A stretch of 36,225 bases of DNA from Conidiobolus incongruus B7586 (taxonomy: Eukaryota), in NCBI GenBank assembly GCA_000697335.1, contig JNEM01012653.1:1-36225 (forward strand). Reading direction: 5' to 3'. Both the position numbers and the translations under genes were made by a program. The notes beneath the pieces were generated by a model. That model was given only the letters and a program-made list of their open reading frames with translations, made no database searches and was not told the origin of the DNA. This document shows, piece after piece, positions 25,641 through 36,225 of the stretch (its first letter is position 1; each line of letters begins with the position of its first letter).

Positions 25641-26869
25641 TAAATTTCAAAATCAATTGGTTTATCAAATTTGTAAATTAAATTACAAGGTGACTTAGTT
25701 CAAAATAGTAAACAAAATTTCATAATAAATTGACAAGGCTATTCCCAATTATTAGTATTCCTCTATATATCCTTTTGAACTTCAAAATTATTCATATGTC
25801 ATAGCTTATATCTCTGAATAACACTTAGAAGTTCAGTATTTTTCTAATGATATCTAATATATATCAACAAATAATGATATTTATATATAAATATCACTAT
25901 ATAAATATATCCATTTGAATGTATAGTCTTAATTGAATTATATAATGTTCATTTAACAAAAAGTTTGTAATTCTTATTATGAGTGAAGTCATAAGTATAT
26001 CGATTTTTGGATTCATCTTATCAATCTCCAATGGCAAGCATGTTTTTATAAACTCGTATTTTCGATATGTCAAATTTATTATTTCAAACACTATCCAGAT
26101 TGATAAATAAATATTTCTTAAATCGTACTTTTTTTATTGATTTATAAAAATGAAAGCTTTTTATAATAAAATAATACTAATATCAACCCGAGAATGTCTA
26201 ATGCCTTACTAGTTTCTAACTCAAATCCTCTTAATATGTACTATTGACAATCTTACATAATTCCAATATTTGAATGCAAGTGCATGAAAAATTATTAATT
26301 AAATATGGCATCTGAAATCATAACAGATATTTTGAATTCTAATTTTTAACATTTTAGAACAATTTTAAAATTATTTTTGAAATCAATTTTATACTTATAT
26401 GTTAATATTAATTTTAATAATTTGCAATTTGATATTTTTAAAACTAATAAATCGTGGACAATGTCAAATGATGAATAAAGATCTATATGTAGTTCAAAAC
26501 ATATAGAGTAATTAATAATTAATGAATATACAAGAAACCTCTCCTAACATACACAAGTTTACATTAATTGTTTGGGTCAAAAAAAATATGATCATTTGAT
26601 AATGGATTTTTTATAAAGTTTAACAATTTAACTTGTTACTTGATCATTTTTGGATTTTAGCGAGAATTTCAACCAATTATATATTTTTTACACAATGGAA
26701 AGAATAGCAAGGCAGATCAAAGTGACACAGATGTATCCATGAGAATTCTCGTTACAAATATAAAAATAGATGAGTTAACAAACGACGATAACATTATTAA
26801 CATAAATTTATAATTAATAATAATTTCTAGTTTGAATTTGCTAGACTTGATCCAAAAAGAGTAGTGATA

Positions 26870-28273
26870 ATGAATCTCATTAACTGTTCTCTTGTTATGT
26901 TGCTTGGTTTGTTGGATGCCCAACAGTGGCCTACAAAGCCAAAATGCATCCAATCTGTTAGTTTCATCAATAATGGAAGATCTCAGCTTTTGCCTTGCAA
27001 AAATGATCACCCTAAATTGGAACGTCGCCAACTTTCTAATTCTAAATCCTCAAATAAGACTATTGAATTTGAGTTAGAATGCAAAGAAGATCCTAAATGC
27101 AAACAAGTTCGAAATGCTTTGGACAAACTTGCGGATACTGTATCAAGTATTATAGAGTTTAAACTGCCAATTAGGATTAAGATTAAGTTTTATTCCTTTT
27201 GTAAAGAGAATCCAAATGGAAAATGCAATTTGAAATTTGATAAAGAACATCATTTTGGTAATATTTACAATGATTAAATTTGACATGGTTTTAATACTTT
27301 AAATAGGATCATATCCATCAATACCTGTAACTCCTATCTCTCTGAATGGTTCATCTGAAGAATATTATCCTCAAGTTTTGGCAAAGCAATTGAATCCGGA
27401 ATATCTATATTGGATGAATGAATATGATATTTTTGGTGACTTCAACTCAGATGCCAAATGGTGGTTTGTAATGAATATTCCATTTTTCATATTTCAAAGA
27501 TTAATATATTAATATAGGGTGAAAATAAAATCGAATCTGATCAATATGACTTTTCATTCTTCCTGGCTCATTGGTTTACCGAACAACTTGGTTTCTCTAG
27601 CAGTTTGGCTCGTTGGATTGAAAACAATGATCAATTTATATCCCCTATGCCTTCCTACCAACTTAATGACGATGACAAACTAATATTTGATTCCTTTGAA
27701 TTTAATCCCTTTGATCGTTTGATTATTACTACAGAGGATAAAAAGACCATTCAACCTTTACTCGATTCATACTCGAAATTTTCTTATAATGGAACTTTGG
27801 AAAATCCATCAGATTTAATTCCTGTAATTGAGAAATCACCCTTAAACGAAATCTCTAAACAGTTGAACAAGTTGGCTACCACTCCAAACGCACTATCCTT
27901 GTCATTATCCAATGGTGAGTCTCTTTTGTTAGAGACTTCAATCAAACCTTTTGAGTATGGAGCTTCGGTTACTGATTTGAGTTCCAAAGCATATGCAGGC
28001 ACTCAAGAATCTTTAATGACTCCATTTGGTCAACCCGGTTCTACTTTGAAGGATATTGTTAAAGGCCAAGAATGGGGTACCTATCCATTTGGTCCTGGAA
28101 TCATCGCAGTGCTTAAAGAACTTGGCTATAATATTAAGCCTGATATCTCTACCACTGTTTCCACTCCCAATCCAGATAACAAGGAAGATGATAAAAAACC
28201 CAACAGCGCAAGTCAAATTCAATTGAATATTGGATCCACACTTTTACTTACATTAGCATATTTATTCTATTAA
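26870..28273 (+). CDS. Array copy B (intact): 434-aa secreted, probably GPI-anchored zincin/metzincin-like protein with a degenerate zinc site; exons 26870-27257, 27307-27467, 27518-28273
   Basis: Two GT-AG introns (49 and 50 nt) join track ORFs 26864 and 27605 through a middle exon into one frame. Signal peptide MNLINCSLVMLLGLLDA; dibasic KLERR site; motifs YPQVLAKQL, DIFGDFNSDAKWWF, AHWFTEQLGFSSS, LLETSIKPF, ESLMTP, PFGPGIIAVLKELGY; C-terminus NSASQ...STLLLTLAYLFY* is GPI-signal-like. Confidence 0.88.
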
Positions 28274-28954
28274 TAAAAAATTCAATATTTCCTTTTAGCA
28301 TTAATCTCAATTTTTATCTACACAACATTTATTTTGGCGCAAAATTGGGATATCCTATATCATATATTCAGTGATAAATCCAATATTCATTATATTTATT
28401 AATTACTTTTTTAAATTACTGCCAAATTACAAAAGGATATATTTAAGAGGATGATTGATCAAGAAAATTGAAAAATTTGTTATAAAATTTTACCCTAGAG
28501 TATTTGGGTTAATCCAATATTAATTTCGAATTTATTTAATTCTCATAAACTAAGGTTAGAAAAAACATTTAGTATTATTATATAAAATAATATTAATTTT
28601 GCACAAATCAAAATATAAATACTTTATAATTTATTTTGATTTTTTATTAAAATACAAAATTTTCTTGGTAAAACAAATATAGACTTTAAATTTTGGATAA
28701 AACAAATTTAATAAATATTAATCTGTAATTTTTTCAAATTAAATATTGTGACCCTTTATCATATTGCCTTGTAATAAAATATTAAAACTGCAACTTCAAT
28801 CAATAATATTCAATTCGAATTGGTATTACTATGAAAATAATATGTAAATAGAGGAGGTTAAAGATAAATTGGATATTATCGATTTTAATATATTTTTATT
28901 TGTGTTGGATGAATTAGTTCCCGCAGAATTGAACCAAAGTAATATCAAAAATAA

Positions 28955-30220
28955 ATCTGGCTAATTATCCTACTGTAGCTCTATTATTTGCTTAGTTGAT
29001 GTATAATAGTGGCTTATAAAGCTAAAATTCTGCCAATCCGCTAGCCAGTTGAATAATGGAAGCTTCAAGCTATTGTTTTCAAAGGCGAGCCTTTTAATTT
29101 GGAGAGTCGTCAATATCTTAAAACTAGAGCTTCAAATAAATGTAATGACATCAAAATCGATGGAAAGATGCCTCCAAATATACATAAAGGTATCCTTTGA
29201 TAAATTTGTGAACATTCTATCAAAATTTAGTATTGAAAAGCCTATTAATATTATTTTAAAATTTCTTCACTTTCGTAAAGAGCATTAAAATAATTTGATC
29301 GTTTAATATTTGATCGAAAAACTCGTTTTGATTATTTATATTAAAGTAAATTGGAAAGGAAAAAAATCCATTTCAAAGTTATGAATATATTGATATAAAA
29401 GTTGAATTCAACCAAGATACCAATTAATAGATTGTATTTAAATTCTCAGCGAACAAATTATATTATAGAGTGAAGGTAAAATTGAAGCTGATCAACATAC
29501 TTTCCCTAATTACTAGCTTACCAGATGGCTGGAAGTTTTAGGTTCGCTAAAAGTTTGAATGCTTATATTAATGACAATAATAATTTTATTAGTCCTTTGC
29601 TTTATCAAAAAATTTTTGAAGGAAAATGATAATGATGAGTTCAATCATTTATCACTATTCTCTTAATCGTTTTGTTGTCGCTACTGAGGATAAAATTAGT
29701 ATTCAACCTTTACTTGGTTGATTCATCAAATTACCTGATAATTCAACTTCTACAAAACTATTAGATCTACTCCCCATAATTCAAAAATCACCCTTGAACG
29801 AAATCTCTAAAAAGCTAAACAAAGTTGACTATCATTCCAAACGCATTATCCTTGCTACTATCCAATGGTGAGTTTCTTTTGTTAGAGACTTCAATCAAAC
29901 CTTTTAAGAATGGGATTTCAGCTAATGACTTAAGTTTCGAGTCATATATTGGCATTCAAGAATCTTTTATGAATCCATATGGCTAATCTAGCTTCACTTT
30001 CAAGGATATTGCTAAAGGCCAAGGGTGAATTACTTATCCATTTGGCTCAGGGATTATTGTGATGCTTAAAGAACTTGGTTATATTATGAAATCCGATATC
30101 ACAACTACTGTTTCCATCCCTAACCCTGAGTCCAAAGTAGAAAAGGAGAGTTAACTAAAAAAATTTAACATTCAAGTCAAATCCAATAGAATTTGTTATT
30201 TTTTTCTTTATTTATAGTTT
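28955..30220 (+). pseudogene. Array copy C: pseudogene, closest relative of copy B
   Basis: Long near-identical blocks with B (AAATCACCCTT.AACGAAATCTCTAAA; TCTTTTGTTAGAGACTTCAATCAAACCTTTT; TGCTTAAAGAACTTGG.TAT) at ~29785-30130. Stops (CAA>TAA, TGG>TGA) and frameshifts; middle exon partly deleted. Ends approximate. Confidence 0.9.
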
Positions 30221-31049
30221 ATGATTTACAAACTGTCATCTATATACACTATTGATATTTTATTAAATTTAATATTTGATTCAAAGTTATTTGATTGATG
30301 TTTCAATATACATCATTGAACCAAAACAGATTATATTAATATCTTTAATTTTATATACACGAGAAATTTTTTTCGTGATATATTTATACAGTTACAATAT
30401 TGTTAATACAAATCATTAAGATTTATTTATTTTAAGGTTAGAAATATAAATCTCGCACAATGGAACTGTACGAATCCAATCATGTGAATTTTCAATAAAA
30501 TTATTTCACATAACATCATTTCAATTTTTACCAAACTTGATTTGAAGTGGATTACGGAACTTAGTACTATTGAAATATATAATAGGCTTGAAAGAAAAAC
30601 AAATCTAATATTGTTAGATGAAATTATATTGTATATTAGTTAAGTGTTAATATTTTATATTTTTATTATATATTACAAGAGAATTGGTAATTGATGAATA
30701 ATTTCATGGTTAACACGTTGTAATTTGATAAAATTATTAGGTGATTTATAAAATAAAAAATCTAAAATTAATCAAGACTTATTGTACTAAAAAAGAAATA
30801 ATCAAAGTGTCAACAACACAAAGTTGCATAGTGTGAAATTTGTTTGTAAAATGAATATACCATTTTTTCATAATTGTTATCAAATTAAGTTTTCACAATG
30901 ATAAAATAATTTTATCCATTCGTTTTCAAGTATTATCACATATAATATATGACTAATACCTTAGTAGTTTATTAAAAAGGTATGAGTATTGGTCAATATA
31001 CTATTTTAAATTTTGATATTATTATCTCTGTTACTGATTTTAAATTCAT

Positions 31050-32430
31050 AGGTATTAAATAATGTCAACTATTTTTCCATTATTTGAATATTTAGTTTAT
31101 TGGATGCATAAGCTTGACCCGCAAACTCAAAGTATATCGAATCTATAAAATCTTTGAAACCTATAGTACTCATGGAGATTCTTTTTGGACAAGGTCATGT
31201 CAATTTGAAATGCAAAAAGAACAATGAAATCACTATTATAAAAATGTCAATTAGTGTCAATATATAATGCCAAAATGATTATAATTGTATCAAAGTGAAA
31301 GAGATTTTTGAATATGTTATCAATACATTCTCAAGCATCATCAGGTTCAATTTGTCTCTTAGAATTGAATCAGAGTTTTTATTATTTTGTAGTGATGATG
31401 TTCATTCAAATTAATGAATTTTGATATTAGTAATTATTACAAAAATCTATTGAACAAAATTACTGAATTGGAATTAAGAGTTGCTAGTTGATCATGTTAT
31501 TATAATGCTTAGAGTAAAAATTAGGTTGTAGGATTGTCCCATGGTTTAGCCAAGCAAAAGAATATAAAAGGTAAAACAAATAATAAAGTTGGAGAAACTA
31601 ATATAATTGCAGAGTTCAATTTTGCAGCCAAATAGTGTTTTGAAGTTAATAACTATGGTCTTACAAAATTATTTACTTTTTCTTGGTGCTGGTAAAATGT
31701 ACATTGTTCAATTTGATTTTTTTGGTTATCATTCATGAAATTATAAATGGCCTTGATTTTGATAGTAGTTTAGGCTTTTAGTTTGAATCAAATAGAGTAT
31801 TATTTCTCCATCATTCAATGCCAAAACTTATCAAGTAATAATGAATTTGAAAATTTCACTATGTATATACTCGATTGATTAACTTTTACTTTTGAAGATA
31901 AGTGTGTTCAACTCTACCTCCATTTGTATATTAAAATATGATAAAATAATATAAAAATTCATTGAGGAGATATTCGATTAAAATTCAAGGATTTATTTTC
32001 AAAATACGTTAAAAAGTTACATAATTGAATGGCGCTTCCAACGTTCTTTTCATATTACTTCAGTGGTAACTTACTCTCTTTGAATTCATTATTCAAACCA
32101 TATTTCAATGAGCTACTGTAGAGTCACTTGAGTTGAAACCTTACGAAGGTACTCAAAGCTCTTTAGTGACTTTCTATTATAAACCTGGTAACAGTATCAA
32201 TTCTTCAGATTAAGATAAAATATGAAGTACTTCATTAATTTGCCTTGAAATTATTTTGATACTCAAATAATTTGGATATAAAGTTAAGTCCGATCTTTCT
32301 ACTTCTAATTCCTGTTCCAACCATCAGAATAATGGACAAAAGCACTATCAGAATGATGATAATCTTAATAGGGAAAATAAGGCTTAGCTCAACATTAATT
32401 GAACACCGGCGCGATAGGTTTATGTTTATT
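31050..32430 (+). pseudogene. Array copy D: heavily decayed pseudogene
   Basis: SLLDA*A*PANSK, LAKQ, IIAEFNFAAK*, IHEIINGLDFDSSL (31731-), SHLS, GTQSSLVT, FGYKVKSDLST occur in the family order. Ends approximate. Confidence 0.78.
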
Positions 32431-34492
32431 TAAATAATAACTGTAATAAACAAAGTTTTACAAACAATTGTTGATTTTCTATACTCCGAATTTGTAATAC
32501 AATATCCAGTAAAAATTAACTTATTTACCAACTTAATTATATTATAATGGGTTCTTTGAGGGATATGCTATATATTTTAACTTATATGAAAATGAAATTT
32601 TTCATAATTTATAATAATTATCGAACTTTAGAGATTGATGATAATATTAATAAATATTAATTACTACTTAAATTGATTGACAGCTTTTTATATATAATTG
32701 TTGAAATCAATATTTTGGTATAATCCCAAATTGAGCTAGATACAGAAATAATTTCAGTATAAAACACTTATATTGAATGATAATATGATTATACTTCTTA
32801 TTAAACACTGTATCATAAACTATGGGTGTTAATGTTTTCAAATCGATGCACAACGAAACAATTTTTTAAAAATAACTGGTAAATAATAAACTTTAATGAT
32901 ATTTATATTTACTAAAGAATGGCCAACTTTATTTTTTCAATCTTGAATATTTTCATTGAAAAGACATTATGTTAATATTAGTATATTTAAGAGGACAATA
33001 TAAAATAAGGAATAACATATTGTCAATATTATTGGTTATGGTAATGGCTTATATTTATCATTATATATCAAATAATAAAGATTTAATTGTTTCTCTTTTT
33101 ATTATTCAATTTGAATAATCAGGAATTTGCATTCTAACAATTTGGTTTGTTAGTCTGAATATTGCTAATTTATATATTTCAAGTTAAAATTTTTATATTT
33201 TAAATTTTTTAAAATTAAATTACAATGTAATATAATATAACATTAGAATTTAATTTTAGATTTAAAAATAGTTCAGTCGATGGCAAAATTTTTTAATGAG
33301 TTCAATATAAATCAAACGAATGAAATTCACAAAAATTATTATTAGAATTTATTAGTTTATTACTATATTTTGAAACCATATTTGCAAAATTAGGCAAAGA
33401 TTAAAATAAATTATATTTATCAAGTTCAAATCATATTTGTATTATAGAGCCAAAGCATACAAGTAATCTACATTTTTAAAATACATATTCATTATTTATT
33501 TATATATTTAATGCTTGGGTTAGATTAATATCAAAATTGAATATTTGATTTTTTATCATCTTGAAAATTAAAATCCATCTATTCTATTTAAAGATCTATC
33601 AATTAAAATTCATTTTTCTAAATTGAAACAAAAAATTAAACTGAATTATATATAATAAACTAACCCAATATTTACAATATATACTTTATTTAGCATATTA
33701 TCAGTTTCTACCTTCAAACTAGATAATTTTGGCTAAAATATAATTTTTACTATATAATGAAAATTTAGCTCAAAGAATTGAATTTTTAATATAATAATTT
33801 AAAACAAAAATTTTATTATAGTTCTGGATATTTTATATTATTGTTATATATAATATTAAATTAGAGAAAGATGGAAAATTATTATAATATCAAAATAAAA
33901 AAGTATTTTTCTTAAAATATAAAATTTTAAATAGATATTTGAATGCGGAATAAATTTAATTAATTTATTTAAAATTTAAATCTCAAAGTCTAATTATTAT
34001 CATCTCCCCTATTATATTTATTGAATTATGGCGAAATTGATCGCAGGTATATGTTAGCACATTGAAAATTTTATATATTTAAGTTTCTAATCTTATTTAC
34101 AATTGATTAAAAGGAATTTTGAAATTCTGAATATTATTGTTAGAGGAACTCTTTTTTAATATTAAATAATATTATTAATCAAATTTAATTCAAATAAATT
34201 AGTTTATATAATAATTTTGAAACATTATTTAAAATTTTTATAATATGAAATATTCCAATAGTAGTAACAACATCAACTAAAAATGCTAACATTATTGGTT
34301 TTTCAATATTTGAAATAATTTGATATTATCAACTTGTTGGAATGAATTTCTAAGCAAGTTTTAAGTTAAAATACCAGTTATGATGGATGTGAAATAATTG
34401 AAAAAAAGTATATATAGGTCTATTAAGCCAAATATAATACATAGATACTCTGGTTGTATTATTATAATGTACATTTTAGTTATTTATTGACA

Positions 34493-35962
34493 ATAAATTT
34501 TAAAATTATTGTTTGCTCAATGTATTATCAGGTTTATTAAATGGTCAAGAATCAAAAGGTGGCCTGACAAACCTCAATGTTTGATAATCCCCAATCCTTT
34601 AGATCGAAAGACAACAAAGACTGTTTGTTACGTCTCGCTTAAACAAACATTTGAACGTCGACATTTCTCTAATTTAGAACAGAGCAATTCAAACCCCATG
34701 AAGGATAGTGATATTTTTGATTTTGGTTAAATTAATTACTCTCTTGTTAGTGTTGATATGAAATTTACTGACTTCAAATTAAGATGTTAAAAGGTAAAAA
34801 GAGCTTTTCAAAATGCCGCTAGCGTACTTTCAGGTATTATTGAGTTTAAACATCCAATCACTATTGATGCCAAATTCAGATCATTTTGTAATGGCGATGA
34901 AAAATGTTTGAAAGAATAAGAAGATGGAATTACTCTGGGTAATGATATATTTTGTGATATATTCATTATAAATAATTTATAATTTAGGACAACCTTCCCC
35001 AACTGGTTTAGCTAGCATCGTAGACAATGACGGCGTCCACTGACTTTATCCAAAGGCTTTAGCAAAACAACTTGATATTGAAGAATTTGCTGTATTCGAT
35101 ATTGGTAAATATGATATATGTGCTGTGTTCAATGCTGATGCAAGTTGGTGATTTGAAGTAAGATATTTTAAATTTTTATTTATATTACTTATATTGATTA
35201 ATTTTCGGAGATGGTGAAATTTAATCTAATGAACTTGATTTCTTTTCGATCATTGTTCATGAGCTGATGCATGAACTTGGGTTCGCAAGTAGTTTAGACA
35301 GGTATTTTAAATGTAATTTTGGATTTGTGAGCCTTACACTTATTGATAAAGGAGATATATTTGTTGATAAAAGTAGTTTATTACTCAAAACTCTTGATCG
35401 TTTAATTGTTACCACCAAGGATAGAGAAAGTCTTCAAACCTACCTTGATCCTTTTGCAAAATTTTCCACAACACATTCAATCCAAGACAAGAGAAAATTT
35501 TGGAGTATTGCGAAGAAATCATTATCATGTCCAGCTAAAAAATTATCGGAATTGAGCACTACTCCAAATGTATTGTCTATATTGCTGCCGGAAGGTGAAA
35601 CGCTTTTGCTAGACACTGCTTTCACACCATTTCTGAAGGAAATCTCAGTAAATCATGTCAGCAAAGAGGATTATAAAGACATACTAGAATCGTCGATGAT
35701 TCCTAAGTTGAAAAATGTTTGTGATTATCATAAAAATGCATTTGGTGAAGAATGGCCTACTCATGCTTATGGCCCTAAACTGGTTAAGGTTTTCGGAGCA
35801 CTTGGATACACAATCAAGGGTGATTTTACTACATTCATTTCGGCGTCTGATTCTGTATATAAGGATATATCAGATAATCAAAATGGTAGTGATTTGAATC
35901 AAAACAAGTCGAATATTGAACATTTATTATATTGTCTTTTAGAGGATTTGTTATCTAACTAG
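34493..35962 (+). pseudogene. Array copy E: pseudogene retaining an intact HExxH motif; last exon largely open
   Basis: WPDKPQC, FERRH, IIEFKHPITI..KFRSFC, H*LYPKALAKQL (TGA 35041), DICAVFNADASW*F (TGA 35149), EI*SNELDFFSIIVHELMHELGFASS (TAA 35222; HELMH 35258-35272), SVNH, ESSMIP, YGPKLVKVFGALGY. Start codon appears as ATA. Confidence 0.85.
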
Positions 35963-36225
35963 AAATTGCATTATAAGACTGGTTAATCTTTGAAGATTTA
36001 TCAATATTATTTTAATTAAAAATATAATAAATATTTATATTATAAATATTTTTTATTATATTTATATTTTTCAATCATTAATAGAAAAAATATATATGTT
36101 ATTCAAATAAATATCTTAATAATAATCAAAAAACTATAATAACAATTAATTTATCTTATTTTGAATATTTTACAATATAATTAAATTATTATCTTAAAGA
36201 TATATTAAAATAAAAATTATTATTA

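Noticed and set aside
19180..26091. Short ORFs 19180-, 24398+ and 25897-
   Set aside because: I/F/Y/N/K-rich chance ORFs in AT-rich DNA; 24398 is partly an in-frame scrap of pseudogene A.
1..36225. CRISPR arrays, rRNA/tRNA genes, prokaryotic operons or an alternative genetic code
   Set aside because: No regular repeat-spacer pattern or RNA gene signature seen. Intact genes translate cleanly in the standard code, and in-frame stops in relics come with frameshifts and mixed TAA/TAG/TGA, indicating decay rather than recoding.

Overview
Very AT-rich eukaryotic genomic DNA with short GT-AG introns, most likely from an early-diverging fungus (Conidiobolus/Entomophthorales-like is my inference, not shown directly). 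Layout: (1) 1-3.7 kb is a transposon graveyard: the 3' end of a chromodomain-bearing Ty3/Gypsy element with its 3' LTR, a full-length IR/DR-type Tc1 (DD34E) element, and a 200-bp solo LTR with a 5-bp TSD. The first two are saturated with C>T/G>A transitions (RIP-like); the solo LTR is not. (2) An 11-exon, 678-aa gene with Sfi1-like F-x-x-W motifs. (3) Two tiny secreted-protein ORFs flanking an intronless proline-rich membrane protein. (4) A 7-exon kinesin-3 (Unc-104/KIF1A type, 1620 aa). (5) From ~23.5 kb to the end, a head-to-tail array of five paralogues of a secreted zincin/metzincin-like protein. Only one copy is intact; it has a probable GPI signal and has lost the HExxH zinc motif, whereas the copy that keeps HExxH is a pseudogene. 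Two related LINE-like remnants lie at the start of the array. All gene models and ancestral-state reconstructions were done by eye.
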